In this document: in pieces, positions 30,424-41,124 of the stretch
Position numbering within the stretch: position 1 is the first letter of the stretch
How the letters are laid out: the number at the start of each line of letters is the position of its first letter
Origin: Nitrospirota bacterium
GTDB lineage: Bacteria > Nitrospirota > UBA9217
DNA: 64,000 bases
Assembly: GCA_963845065.1 (NCBI GenBank)
Contig: CAWJQQ010000002.1
Span: 537,035 to 601,034 of the forward strand
Direction: 5' to 3'
Made by a program: the position numbers and the translations under genes
The notes under the pieces: model-generated
What the model was told of the DNA's origin: nothing
The model's input: the letters and a program-made list of their open reading frames with translations, nothing else
Databases searched by the model: none

Positions 30424-31311
30424 TTATGTGCTGAACAGTAGATCTAAGAAAGAATTCTTATAGCCCGTAATTTTTTTATCCTTTCTAGTGATCACGCAAA
30501 GATGTTCAAGCGGAAGAAAATGACGGACCGAAATAAACGATAAGTTCCTATTATTTAGAACAGGCAGATCTTTCACCATCGAAGCAAAGGTAACACCGAG
30601 CCCCATTTCCACGTAGATAGAACTCAGTTCAATATTGGAAGATTCCATGATTACAGAATATTGAACATTCTGTTTATGGAAAAGGGTTTCCAGTTTGCTT
30701 CTCTGGAGAGCATCGCTTCTTGTTGACGGCAGGATAAGGGGGGTTTGAGCGATCTCTTCTAGTGATATTTTTTCCCTCGCAGACAAAGGATGTCCCGAAG
30801 GTATGAGGAGGACGGGTTCGATCATTTTCCATCGTCGTTTCCTCAATGAACCGGACGCCGTGCTTTCGAGTGCCATACCCATATCGACATCACCGCCTTT
30901 GACCAGTTCTATAACCTCTTGCTGTGTACGGTCAAGGAGAGACAGCTCGACCCAGGGAAACTGCTTATGATATTTTTTTATAATCCCAGGAAGCAGGTGG
31001 TAAAGGGTTGTAAAGGGCGCGGCTATTTTTAATACTCCCTTTTTGAACTCCCTGTGTTCAGCTATGTCTTCACGCAATTGAGTGTAATCCAGAAGCAGAG
31101 ATTCCGCGAATTTGAGGAACCGTTCCCCAAGAGGGGTAACTATGACTTGCCTTTTCCCGATCCTTTCCAGCAATTGACAATCAAACTCCCTTTCGAGGGC
31201 CTTGATCTGTTGTGTTAATGCAGATTGCGTTCTCAAAGTGGCTTCTGCTGCCCGCGTAAAGCTCTTGAGCTTTGCTACCTGATAGAAACCGATGATCTGC
31301 TGCCATTCCAT
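30424..31311 (-). CDS. LysR-family transcriptional regulator
   Basis: SFTRAAEATLRTQSALTQQIKALE HTH, followed by a substrate-binding domain. Confidence 0.93.
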   Translation of the reverse strand: MEWQQIIGFYQVAKLKSFTRAAEATLRTQSALTQQIKALEREFDCQLLERIGKRQVIVTPLGERFLKFAESLLLDYTQLREDIAEHREFKKGVLKIAAPFTTLYHLLPGIIKKYHKQFPWVELSLLDRTQQEVIELVKGGDVDMGMALESTASGSLRKRRWKMIEPVLLIPSGHPLSAREKISLEEIAQTPLILPSTRSDALQRSKLETLFHKQNVQYSVIMESSNIELSSIYVEMGLGVTFASMVKDLPVLNNRNLSFISVRHFLPLEHLCVITRKDKKITGYKNSFLDLLFST

Positions 31312-31336
31312 GTCACACCCCACAAAATTACAATAT

Positions 31337-31351
31337 ATTAGCATGGCTAAT
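31337..31351. promoter_or_regulatory. Putative LysR box (T-N11-A)
   Basis: Palindrome ATTAGC-ATG-GCTAAT in the divergent lysR/thioesterase spacer. Confidence 0.6.
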
Positions 31352-31441
31352 TAACATAAGCAATAATATTAATTTTACTAATATATATAATTCGAGGACA
31401 ATTGGCTCATTAGAAAATCCAATCATCGTTTGGAGGTTATC

Positions 31442-31873
31442 ATGAGAGGCGAATCTTTGCGACCCGGCTTGAGCTATGAATTCAATTTTAAAGTGACAGA
31501 GAACAAGACCGTGCCGCACCTCTATCCAGAATCTCCGGAGTTCAGCTTGATGCCCCCCGTTTTGGCTACAGGGTTTATGGTCGGGCTCTTCGAATGGGCC
31601 TGCATTCAAGCAATCAATCCCTATATTGATTGGCCCCGGGAGCAGACGGTAGGCACGCATATTAATTTGAGCCACGAGGCTGCGACGCCAGCTGGTCTCA
31701 CTGTTACCGTTAAGGTGAGACTGGAATTTATTGAAGGAAGGAAACTGGTATTTTCCATAAAGGCTGACGATGGCATCGATAAGATATCTGAAGGCATTCA
31801 CGAACGGTATATCATTCTTGCTTCAAAATTCAATGAAAAGGCAAAGGCAAAAGCCGCAAGAGGCATGTCGTAA
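31442..31873 (+). CDS. Hot-dog thioesterase (fluoroacetyl-CoA thioesterase FlK-like)
   Basis: VLATGFMVGLFEWAC, TVGTHINLSHEAATP, EGIHERYII. Confidence 0.88.
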   Translation: MRGESLRPGLSYEFNFKVTENKTVPHLYPESPEFSLMPPVLATGFMVGLFEWACIQAINPYIDWPREQTVGTHINLSHEAATPAGLTVTVKVRLEFIEGRKLVFSIKADDGIDKISEGIHERYIILASKFNEKAKAKAARGMS

Positions 31874-32169
31874 TAGGGTATACTGGTGGGCAGCGCGTGG
31901 CTAAGGATAGGCTGTTATCACTCTGGGAAAGCGCGTAGCTAAATGTAGTCGCCTTTTCCCCATGCGCGCCTCCATATTTGTAAAAGAATAGAGGGACGAC
32001 ATTTTTTTCCCCCCTCGTTATCATCTGATCAGCAAGCCTCTTCAACGCTATCTGCAGCATATCAAGCTCATGCTCTTTCGCGTCACGGATTAAAAGTAGA
32101 CGGCACACATACTGGCTCGCCCGCCAACAGTCCTCCAGCGCCCCTGCCCGTTCCTCAATGGCCTTGAAC

Positions 32170-32520
32170 AAAAAAAGAACGAATAGACAAGCACGACGCC
32201 TGTAATGATCGCTGTCACCTGCAACGAGTAATCAATCGCGATCGGTTCGTTAACATCTAGCGCGTCGTGGACGTGCATGCTGTCTCGGGGCCATCATGGC
32301 ATCAGAAACCATGCCAACGAGAAATACAGCTAGCGGGAAACTTTCGTTGAATCTCCGATCGCCACTCTTATACGGGGCCAGCCGTAGATGAGAAACGCGA
32401 TGCCGTAACCGAAAGCAAGCGCTTCGTTAAGTGACAATACAATCAGATAGGGCATTTGCGATTACGCAGGGTGGATATCGGGAGAGGGCTGCCAGATCAC
32501 TGCCCCAGATAAAAGGCTGA
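32170..32520 (-). pseudogene. Decayed multi-pass membrane protein
   Basis: One minus-strand frame of alternating TM-like segments broken by several stops: VIWQPSP..YLIVLSLNEALAFGYGIAFLIYGWP..LYFSLAWFLMP*WP..VTAIITGVVLVYSFF. Confidence 0.55.
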
Positions 32521-32673
32521 TATCCCGATAATTAGGATTAGGACTATCACTTTTCTGATGACAATAATGCAAGGCTTCTTAAAGAATTTTTTGATAGTTT
32601 CATTTTATCATAACTATTTTCAAAGTTGCTCCCCGATCCTTACAGTTGCGACTGGGTGCCACCTCTTGCATCC

Positions 32674-33483
32674 TTATCTCACTAAGAGCGAGATCGCTCC
32701 AGTACGGCATACCCTCCGACATAAGCCGCAACCGAAACACTTGTGAGGATCGATGTGGGCATGGGATTCGCCATGGTGCTGGTGGCTGTTAATAGCTTTA
32801 AAATGACACTCGATATCGCACAGTCCACAGCCGGTGCAGAGCATTTCATCCACTCTCGCCACGTACTCTGCGCGCTCCATGGTCTCCACGCTGGTTCGGG
32901 AAAGGGTCAGCAATGCAAGACAATCCTCAGGCCTGCAGTTGCAGATCGCGCCGATAAAAGGGGTCATCATGGTCCAAATGGTATGGACCCTTCCCTGCCC
33001 TTCCATAGCCTCCATCTGTGAGATTGCAGCGTCAGGCAAGAGCGCTTCCATTCCTTCATCGGATGCCTTGCCAAAATACCCCATGTTTATCGAGTTGTAC
33101 CATGCCTCGGGCCCGTAGCTCACAGCGTAGCAGCAGCGCTCTTCTTTTTTCCCGATGTTCCATCTGCACGCACAGGGCATGCGTACCACGGTCCTAGCAT
33201 TGCCAACTACCTCGGCGATCTCCTCGATAGGCAGCACCTGGCCGAAATGCTCAGCTTTAGATTTTTGGACCATGGCAGTCTTTACTGCCTGCGGGAGCTT
33301 GCCTTTTTTACGGAAGATCGTCTCAAGCCTTCCTAACGTTTGAAACCCTTCACTGAAGGCGGAGGTGAGGAAGTTCTCGATATAGTTACGGCGATAGAGA
33401 TCGGACAAAAGGTCCTGGCCGTAATTCGCTGCGTTCTTGTACCAGATCTTACCATCTCCGTGGTTTGTGCAGAATTCACACAT
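32674..33483 (-). CDS. 4Fe-4S binding protein
   Basis: N-terminal CEFC, CAC, CNC and two C-terminal CxxCxxCxxxC motifs. Confidence 0.88.
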   Translation of the reverse strand: MCEFCTNHGDGKIWYKNAANYGQDLLSDLYRRNYIENFLTSAFSEGFQTLGRLETIFRKKGKLPQAVKTAMVQKSKAEHFGQVLPIEEIAEVVGNARTVVRMPCACRWNIGKKEERCCYAVSYGPEAWYNSINMGYFGKASDEGMEALLPDAAISQMEAMEGQGRVHTIWTMMTPFIGAICNCRPEDCLALLTLSRTSVETMERAEYVARVDEMLCTGCGLCDIECHFKAINSHQHHGESHAHIDPHKCFGCGLCRRVCRTGAISLLVR

Positions 33484-33547
33484 AGTAACTTCAATCCTAT
33501 AGCCGGCTAAATTCTCGACTTAAAAACCTAGTCTTTCCTCAAAGCAA

Positions 33548-33591
33548 TCTCACCGCTAAAGCATGTGGGGTTTCCCAGACTATTTCCCCAA
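33548..33591 (-). repeat. Solo IS200/IS605-type left-end hairpin, copy 3
   Basis: Minus strand reads TTGG-N14-AAAC-CCCACATGCTTTAGCGGTGAG. Confidence 0.65.
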
Positions 33592-33986
33592 TTTTCAATT
33601 TAATGCTTCTTGGATCGGAACTCTCTAGGCCTACAATGTCCCAGGCTTTTTAGACTGCAAAATTATTCTGCTGCAAATTCCTTGGGTTGTTGACATTTTT
33701 GCACTCCAAGCGCAGTGGCTGATAAGACCACAACCAGCTCAAGGGACACCTTTGCAACGGTTCAATACCATCTCTGTTCCTGTTTTTTATGGCGACTAAT
33801 AATACGCTGGCACAACGTTGAGCAGAACTCCTCGGCATCAGCGGTAGTGAGAAGAGTGCATCTGCATGTGGGTACAGCAAACTATCGATATTGTAAAAAA
33901 AATGCGTGAGATTCTTTCTGCTTCAAGTTTCAAAATTGAATGAGTCCCCTGATTAGAGATAAATTTCTAACAGGTTGATAAACTTC

Positions 33987-35558
33987 CTATTCCCACTCGA
34001 TCGTGCTCGGGGGCTTGGATGAGATATCGTAGCACACTCGGTTTACGCCCTTTACCTCGTTGATGATCCGATTGGATATGACACCCAAGACGTCGTAAGG
34101 GATCTTCGCCCAATCAGCAGTCATTCCATCCTGACTCGTGACCGCACGGATCGCGACCACATTTTCATAAGTTCGCTCATCTCCCATCACCCCCACGGTT
34201 TTGATTGGAAGCAGTACGGCGAAAGATTGCCAGACCTGTTTATAGAGCCCCGCTGTTTTGATTTCTTCAAGAACTATAGCATCAGCCTCGCGCAAAATCT
34301 TAAGCCTCGGCTCGGTCACTACTCCCAGGATGCGGATAGCTAATCCCGGCCCAGGAAAGGGCTGGCGGTCAATGATATAATCTGGCATCTTCATTTCTCT
34401 GCCGATGGCCCGGACTTCGTCTTTAAATAATTCCCTAAGCGGCTCCACGAGTTTGAGCTTCATCTTCTCCGGCAGACCGCCCACATTGTGATGAGACTTG
34501 ATGACAGCTGACGGTCCTTTGAACGACACGCTCTCGATTACATCGGGATAGAGCGTGCCCTGGACAAGAAATTCAGCTCCTCCTACAGCGTGGGCTTCGC
34601 GCTCGAACACCTCGATAAAGGTACTGCCAATTATCTTCCGCTTTTTTTCAGGGTCCTCGACTCCGGAGAGCTTGCTCAGAAATTCCTGGGATGCATCGAC
34701 GTACTTGAGTTTCAGCCCCATGTTTTTGAATGTCTGCTGGACCTGCTCTGCTTCGTTTTTGCGGAGAACGCCATTATTCACAAATATGCAGGTGAGCAGC
34801 TTGCCGATGGCACTGTGGACGAGAACCGCCGCAACGGACGAGTCTACACCTCCTGAGAGGCCGCACACGGCTTTCTTATCGCCGATGGCCTTGCGTATTT
34901 CACCGACGGAATAGTCCACAAAGGATGCCATAGTCCAAGTTGGCTCGCACTTGCAGATACTGTACACGAAATTCTTGAGCATCTGGGTGCCTTGGGATGT
35001 GTGTACAACCTCGGGGTGGAACTGCACACCATAGAATTTTCGCTTTTCATCAGCCATTGCTGCTGTCGGTGAGTTGTCCGTATGGGCAATGGCCGAGAAT
35101 CCTTCCGGCATTTTCTCGATCCTGTCTCCGTGGCTCATCCACACGATGGTCCCGTGTTCTTCGCTCCGAGTTCCGATTTTTGTGCCAACACCTTTAAAAA
35201 GATCAGCGTCGCTGTTAATAACCAGCTCCGCCCTTCCGTACTCGCGCTTGCTCGATTTCGCGACCATGCCGCCTTCGACGTATGTCATGAGCTGCATGCC
35301 GTAGCAGATACCGAGAACGGGCACGCCCAGTTCGAAGTGGGCCCGGTCGATGAGCGGTGCGCCGCCCTCATATACGCTCGACGGACCGCCTGAAAGGATC
35401 AGTCCTTTCGGCCGAAATGCCTTGACCTTGTCAATTCCTGCATTATACGGAAATATTTCGCAATAGACTTTCGCCTCGCGCACTCGTCGTGCGATGAGTT
35501 GGGTATACTGGGAACCAAAGTCGAGTATCAAGATACGTTCGCTGTGGATGTCGGACAC
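33987..35558 (-). CDS. guaA: GMP synthase (glutamine-hydrolyzing)
   Basis: [35 protein letters not shown]; probable GTG start 35558. Confidence 0.97.
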   Translation of the reverse strand: MSDIHSERILILDFGSQYTQLIARRVREAKVYCEIFPYNAGIDKVKAFRPKGLILSGGPSSVYEGGAPLIDRAHFELGVPVLGICYGMQLMTYVEGGMVAKSSKREYGRAELVINSDADLFKGVGTKIGTRSEEHGTIVWMSHGDRIEKMPEGFSAIAHTDNSPTAAMADEKRKFYGVQFHPEVVHTSQGTQMLKNFVYSICKCEPTWTMASFVDYSVGEIRKAIGDKKAVCGLSGGVDSSVAAVLVHSAIGKLLTCIFVNNGVLRKNEAEQVQQTFKNMGLKLKYVDASQEFLSKLSGVEDPEKKRKIIGSTFIEVFEREAHAVGGAEFLVQGTLYPDVIESVSFKGPSAVIKSHHNVGGLPEKMKLKLVEPLRELFKDEVRAIGREMKMPDYIIDRQPFPGPGLAIRILGVVTEPRLKILREADAIVLEEIKTAGLYKQVWQSFAVLLPIKTVGVMGDERTYENVVAIRAVTSQDGMTADWAKIPYDVLGVISNRIINEVKGVNRVCYDISSKPPSTIEWE

Positions 35559-35682
35559 GGAAAACCCCTTTCGCGAAGAAAATATGAACGACATTATATC
35601 AGGATGTCGACAACTGTCAATCGGAGAATCGGATGAAAAACTGACCTTGACAAGATTCACCATGACCATTTATTATAAGTAA

Positions 35683-36441
35683 ATGGAACTGCTACAGTAT
35701 CATAGACTTCGCGAAATGGCGCACCAGGTAGCCGCTACTCTCCCGAAACCCGCCTTTTACAAAAAGTACGAAAGATTTATTCGGCAGGCCGATGAGACCC
35801 TCGCGACTCATGATCTTGTCAGAAGGTGCCGGTCCTACCTCGATGAGTCACAGATGGAATGTGCGCACGGACTTTTCCACTGTGAAGCTGTCGCTCGCGA
35901 CGCTGGCGCACTCATCCTGATCGAAATGAATAATGGCGTCACTACCTGGCAGGAGACTGAACCGCTGTTTACAGCGGCGATCATCGCCGGATTGCTTCAT
36001 GACATCAAGCGAAAAGAACAGGACCATGCCGTTCGGGGGAGCATCGAGGCGGAAAAGATTCTGACGGGACTCGGTATGAGTTTGAAAGAGCGCCAATACA
36101 TTGCTGATGCCATCAGGAACCACGAAGCATTTCAGGAAACCTTCGATCGTGACGACGATGCAGGAAAACTGGTAAGTGACGCGCTTTATGATGCCGACAA
36201 ATTCCGGTGGGGACCTGAAAATTTTACCACGACCCTCTGGCTCATGGTGGAAACCAACAATATTCCTCTCGCGTCGTTGCACAGGACATTCAAGGAAAAA
36301 ATGAAAGGAATCGAAAAGATCAAAGAAACCTTCCGGACCCCAACAGGCAGGCAATTCGGTCCGGAATTTATCGACATCGGGATATCCATCGGAAATGCGA
36401 TTTACGAGGAAATGAACTCACTCCTTAAGCTCGGCCACTGA
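35683..36441 (+). CDS. HD-domain protein
   Basis: AHGLFHC, GLLHDI, RNHE, YDADK. Confidence 0.85.
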   Translation: MELLQYHRLREMAHQVAATLPKPAFYKKYERFIRQADETLATHDLVRRCRSYLDESQMECAHGLFHCEAVARDAGALILIEMNNGVTTWQETEPLFTAAIIAGLLHDIKRKEQDHAVRGSIEAEKILTGLGMSLKERQYIADAIRNHEAFQETFDRDDDAGKLVSDALYDADKFRWGPENFTTTLWLMVETNNIPLASLHRTFKEKMKGIEKIKETFRTPTGRQFGPEFIDIGISIGNAIYEEMNSLLKLGH

Positions 36442-36509
36442 ATATAGCTACTCAGGAAGCTCCGCACCCTTCCCCTGCTCATTTCCTCGCGCCTGTCCTC
36501 TGCGCGTGC

Positions 36510-37427
36510 TCACTCGGCATCCTGCTCCTGCTTGCCATACACTTTTTTCATGACCGCATCAGCACGCTCCTTGCGCGCTTCGAGCACACCCTGCTTGAAC
36601 GGCAGGGTTTCTTCAGCAAACATCGCAGAGCGTAGCCACTCGTAGGCTAGCTTCAGTAGCTCGACATCATCAGTGCGAACCTTCTCTATCCGCGCCTCGG
36701 GGATCTCGTAGGTCTCTAGAAAACTGCTGCCAAGCACGAACTCGCGGAAATAGTCCGTATTGGTGCTGACCATAAAAAACATCTTGTTTTTAATGTCAGG
36801 AAATTCCCTTTCGCCAAAGGATTTCTTTTTGATCAAGATATCCATCCATCCGCGGTTAACATCGTCGTACAGGTCCGCCTCCTGGTCTTTGCGCCACTCA
36901 TTTATGGTCCAGTTCCTGTCCTCTTCGAAGCCCTTGCAGTGGTCCTCTTTGGTCAAGAAATAGAACTCGTCTTTGCCGCCCTTGGACTCTTTATTCCTGA
37001 GCGTTGCCATGCCGATGGGATAATAGCGACAGATGTTTGGCCTGTCCTTGTAGACCGTGCAGCCCTCAGGCGTTACGAACGGGCAGCTTCGTTTATCGTC
37101 GGTCTTCATTTTGAGTGTGATTACCGGAAGTAGCGTCTTCGCCAGTATCTCGATCTCGCAATACTGATTTATGAAGTCCTCGGACGTCATGCCGAGCCTT
37201 TTCCGGAGACGCAGGAGATCGTAGGGCGGCAGCACAATGTTGATGTTGCTGCAGCAGGCGGTAAAACACTTCACACCCTTGTGGCAGCTGAACTTAAGCC
37301 TGCTGTTCCCCGTCAGCTTAATGGGCAGAACCTTATCGGTATCGCTTTTTTTAAACGGCTCGACCTTGAAGTCTTCCGCTTTCATCGTTTCTTTTTTCTT
37401 ATCTTTCATAACACCCTCTTTGCCCAT
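36510..37427 (-). CDS. YkgJ-family cysteine-cluster protein
   Basis: CHKGVKCFTACC, CPF..CTVYKDRPNICRYYP, HCKG. Confidence 0.9.
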   Translation of the reverse strand: MGKEGVMKDKKKETMKAEDFKVEPFKKSDTDKVLPIKLTGNSRLKFSCHKGVKCFTACCSNINIVLPPYDLLRLRKRLGMTSEDFINQYCEIEILAKTLLPVITLKMKTDDKRSCPFVTPEGCTVYKDRPNICRYYPIGMATLRNKESKGGKDEFYFLTKEDHCKGFEEDRNWTINEWRKDQEADLYDDVNRGWMDILIKKKSFGEREFPDIKNKMFFMVSTNTDYFREFVLGSSFLETYEIPEARIEKVRTDDVELLKLAYEWLRSAMFAEETLPFKQGVLEARKERADAVMKKVYGKQEQDAE

Positions 37428-37469
37428 GTTTTTTATCCCGCACTCCCCATTCCAAAATCCGTATTCGTA

Positions 37470-37970
37470 TCACTTCATCCATCCTTGTATTTCGTGATGC
37501 TGCCGTATAAACAGTTCGACACCCTCATGGTCTGGCCCGAGAATTTCTTTGAACCTGTCGAGTGCTTCGTAAAACTGCATTTCTCTCGTACCGTTGACAA
37601 GGTTGTCGGCGTAGGAAACGATTTTTTCTTCAACCGTGTGTGGCAGGTAATCCTTTTCCGGTAGACCGAGTCGCACGGCCTCCTTTGCAGTTATTCCCGC
37701 GCCGATGTGGCGCTCGATAATATTGACGAGTTCGTCCGGAAATCCAAGATTTCTTGCGATTGCAACGCCCTCCACGGCATGGTCAATCCCCTGCGTCTTC
37801 GATCTGCCGATATCATGGAACAGACTTCCCTTGCGCACCAGGTTAGGGTCGGCCGTAATTTTCACTCGTCTGGCAATTGAAAGCGCCACATTCGAGACGG
37901 CTTTACAATGCGCCACAACATCAGACGAACAACCGGCGGCAATAAGGACCTTAACATTTGAATCGTTCAT
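37470..37970 (-). CDS. HDIG-domain metal-dependent hydrolase
   Basis: HC, FHDIGR, ERHIGAGI, EEKIVSYADNL. Confidence 0.88.
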   Translation of the reverse strand: MNDSNVKVLIAAGCSSDVVAHCKAVSNVALSIARRVKITADPNLVRKGSLFHDIGRSKTQGIDHAVEGVAIARNLGFPDELVNIIERHIGAGITAKEAVRLGLPEKDYLPHTVEEKIVSYADNLVNGTREMQFYEALDRFKEILGPDHEGVELFIRQHHEIQGWMK

Positions 37971-38053
37971 GGCGTTATGAATAGTACCACTTTTCAGATA
38001 AATATCAATAAGTTTAGAAAGCGACGCCCCCCGCATCTCCAGACTTATTTGTC

Positions 38054-38086
38054 AAAAAAAGGGGCTGGCATTTCAGCCAGCCCCTC
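38054..38086 (-). terminator. Rho-independent terminator after hppA
   Basis: Minus strand GGGGCTGGC-loop-GCCAGCCCC followed by T7. Confidence 0.85.
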
Positions 38087-38109
38087 GTTGGATAAGATGT
38101 CGCAGTTGC

Positions 38110-40188
38110 CTACCTGACAAGTGGAACGATCAGAAGTGCAACGATGTTGATGACCTTGATCATCGGGTTGATGGCCGGGCCCGCAGTGTCCTTGTATGGA
38201 TCACCGACCGTATCACCGGTCACCGAGGCTTTGTGTCCTTCACTGCCCTTCTTGTGTACGACGCCTTTGCTATCCGTAACGCCGTCCTCGAAGGACTTCT
38301 TGGCGTTGTCCCAAGCACCGCCGCCGCTCGTCATTGCAATGGCCTGGAAGAGACCTGTCAGAATGGCACCGATGAGCACGCCGCCCAAGGCTTCCTTGCC
38401 CAGCAGGAGACCTACTAGGACCGGTACGACTACCGGAAGGAGCGCCGGAACCATCATCTCATTAATGGCGCTTTTGGTCACGATATCAACACATTTGCCA
38501 TACTGAGGCTTTCCCGTGCCTTCCATTATGCCCTTTATCTCGCGGAACTGTCTGCGAACTTCCTCCACCACGCCGCCTGCTGCCTTACCCACTGACTCCA
38601 TGAGGAGCGAACCGAAGTAGTAGGGGAGCAAGCCGCCTATAAACAGGCCGCATAGAACCATCGGGTTCGAAAGGTCGAACAGGATCGTCGTTCCGAATGA
38701 ACGTGAATATTCTGAAAAAAGCACTAAAGCGGCAAGTGCCGCGGAACCGATAGCATAGCCCTTGGTCACTGCCTTGGTGGTGTTCCCGACTGCATCGAGG
38801 GGATCCGTGATATCGCGGATCTCCTTCGGGAGCCCGGCCATTTCAGCGACACCGCCCGCATTGTCTGTGATCGGGCCGTAAGAGTCAATGGCCACGATGA
38901 TACCGGTCATGGAGAGCATGGACACAGCTGCTAGGGCAATGGCAAAGATACCACCGGATGCAGCGTTCGCTTGACCGGAGAATCCGCCGCCAAGCCAGTA
39001 AGCGGTCAGGATCGAGGCAACGATCACGATCACAGGCGCTGCGGTGGCCTTCATGCTGACTGCGAGTCCGGCAATCACGTTCGTGCCGTGGCCGGTCAGA
39101 CTGGCCTGCGCAATGTGTTGAACCGGGGAATACTCTTTAGCAGTGAAGTACTCGGTGATCCACACAATCAGCCCGGTCAAGGCAAGGCCGACGAGGGCGA
39201 TGAAGAACACCGTGTTCGCCGTGAATACGCCGGCATTGGTGCCAAGGCTGGCGATAAAACTTTTAGACACAAAATAGAATGCTACTGCCGCAATAACACC
39301 TGCAACGGCAAGACCCTTGTACAGGGCGCCCATGATGTAGTTATTCTTGCCGAGCTTCACGGCATAGGTACCGATAATGGAAGCGATGATCGAAACGCCG
39401 CCGAGCATGAGCGGGAACTGGATCCACGGGCTATCCGGGCCGAACAAGGTCTTGGCGAGAAGCATAGCGGCCACGAGGGTCACCGTGTAGGTCTCGTAGA
39501 GGTCAGCAGCCATACCGGCGCAATCGCCCACGTTGTCGCCCACGTTGTCGGCGATTACGGCCGGGTTGCGCGGATCGTCTTCGGGGATATTCTTCTCAAC
39601 CTTGCCAACGAGATCAGCACCCACGTCAGCGGCCTTGGTATAGATTCCGCCGGCGATACGGGCGAACACGCTCATGAGCGAGCAACCGAAGCCGAGTCCG
39701 ATGAGAGCATGGGATACCTGTTCGGCCGGAGCGAACGTCTTGGCTATGAAGTAAAAACCAGAAAGACCAATGATGCCGAGACCCACAACCATGATGCCCG
39801 TCACCGAGCCGCCCTTGAAGGCAAGGCTGAGTGCCGCCTGGAGACCCTTGCTCGCAGCCGCAGCCGTACGGACGTTTGCACGAAGCGACACCCACATGCC
39901 GATGAAGCCGGCGAGGGCGGAACCCACAGTACCAATGATAAATCCGACGGCTGCCCACAACCCGAGGGCAGGAACAAAGGTCAGGATTATCACCAGAATC
40001 ACTGCGACGATTGCGACTGTTCTGTACTCGCGCGCTATGAATGCATAGGCGCCTTCTTTCACTGCATCGGAAATTTCCCTCATTTTGGCATTTCCCGCAT
40101 CCTGCTTGTTCACCCAGATCGCAGTCACGATACCGTAAATGACGCCGGCTAGCCCACAGATCAAGGCAAAAAGAATCGTATTACTCAT
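38110..40188 (-). CDS. hppA: Membrane-bound H+-translocating pyrophosphatase, K+-independent type
   Basis: [26 protein letters not shown] (Lys determinant), [10 protein letters not shown]. Confidence 0.95.
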   Translation of the reverse strand: MSNTILFALICGLAGVIYGIVTAIWVNKQDAGNAKMREISDAVKEGAYAFIAREYRTVAIVAVILVIILTFVPALGLWAAVGFIIGTVGSALAGFIGMWVSLRANVRTAAAASKGLQAALSLAFKGGSVTGIMVVGLGIIGLSGFYFIAKTFAPAEQVSHALIGLGFGCSLMSVFARIAGGIYTKAADVGADLVGKVEKNIPEDDPRNPAVIADNVGDNVGDCAGMAADLYETYTVTLVAAMLLAKTLFGPDSPWIQFPLMLGGVSIIASIIGTYAVKLGKNNYIMGALYKGLAVAGVIAAVAFYFVSKSFIASLGTNAGVFTANTVFFIALVGLALTGLIVWITEYFTAKEYSPVQHIAQASLTGHGTNVIAGLAVSMKATAAPVIVIVASILTAYWLGGGFSGQANAASGGIFAIALAAVSMLSMTGIIVAIDSYGPITDNAGGVAEMAGLPKEIRDITDPLDAVGNTTKAVTKGYAIGSAALAALVLFSEYSRSFGTTILFDLSNPMVLCGLFIGGLLPYYFGSLLMESVGKAAGGVVEEVRRQFREIKGIMEGTGKPQYGKCVDIVTKSAINEMMVPALLPVVVPVLVGLLLGKEALGGVLIGAILTGLFQAIAMTSGGGAWDNAKKSFEDGVTDSKGVVHKKGSEGHKASVTGDTVGDPYKDTAGPAINPMIKVINIVALLIVPLVR

Positions 40189-40336
40189 TAGTTCCCCTCC
40201 TTTAGATTAGATAATATAGAACCGTTGCTTTTTAAGTATCTTAAAATGCGCTCACCGTAGCATCCTTGGGCGCGAACTGCCGCTATACGTTTCTCCCAGG
40301 CATCCCTCCTTCAAAAAACATTGAATTAGAGATACA

Positions 40337-40783
40337 TTAATCACCCATTTCTTCGAGTTTGCCGCCGATCATGTCTTTCAGATAGAGGTTCTCTGCCTTC
40401 AGATTCTTTACAAGAACCCGGACCACGTCCCGCATGGAAAGCAGTCCAACTAGTCCGCTCTCTTCAACGACTGGGGTATGTCGGATGTTGTTTTGGATCA
40501 TGATGGCCATAACATAGTCGAGGTCATCGCCGGGCTTTACTACCAGAAGGTTCGTGCTCATAATGTCCTTAATCTTGATGTCTTTGCACTGCTTTTCCTC
40601 ATCCGCGGTCATTTTGACGACATCTCGCTCGGTGATAATGCCTGCGAGCGATCCCCGGTCCATGACAAGAAGCGCGCCGATATTGCAATCCGTCAGCTGC
40701 TTCGCTGCATCGAGCACCGACTGGTCGCCTGTGGTGCTGAAGCATTCCAAGCCTTTGATACTGAGCAGTTCTTTGACTTTCAT
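40337..40783 (-). CDS. Stand-alone CBS-pair protein
   Basis: IGALLV..GIITERD and IRHTPVV..GLLSMRD. Confidence 0.9.
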   Translation of the reverse strand: MKVKELLSIKGLECFSTTGDQSVLDAAKQLTDCNIGALLVMDRGSLAGIITERDVVKMTADEEKQCKDIKIKDIMSTNLLVVKPGDDLDYVMAIMIQNNIRHTPVVEESGLVGLLSMRDVVRVLVKNLKAENLYLKDMIGGKLEEMGD

Positions 40784-40939
40784 TGCTTTCTCCTCTGCTA
40801 CTCGTGGGATAGCGAACTGTTGTTAATTAATAAAAAAGCGCATTCCCAGCGGAGACCCCCCTTGAATCACGGAATTATGATGCTGCCCATGCGCCCTCAG
40901 ACTCGGTGTCGGATACAGTTTCCGAAAAAAAACGCGATG

Positions 40940-40967
40940 AGTATATCATAATTGCGTTAGTTGTCAA
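40940..40967 (-). promoter_or_regulatory. Putative promoter of CBS-hppA
   Basis: Minus strand TTGACA-N16-TATACT with extended TG. Confidence 0.55.
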
Positions 40968-41124
40968 GAATCATGCTCTTAAAAATATCGCTCCAGATGC
41001 GCGGTAATTCGTAGCGGCGCAACTCTAAGTCCCGACACAGATATTATTGCCTTATATCTCTTCCTGGAACGCGCAGAGCGCCCGCACTTGTATCTGTCTT
41101 CGGGGGAGGCGGCCTTGAGGGATG

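Noticed and set aside
38971..40152. 393-aa plus-strand ORF antisense to hppA, with similar shadows over qmoC, aprA and aor
   Set aside because: Antisense shadow ORFs caused by codon bias in highly expressed GC-rich genes; no motifs
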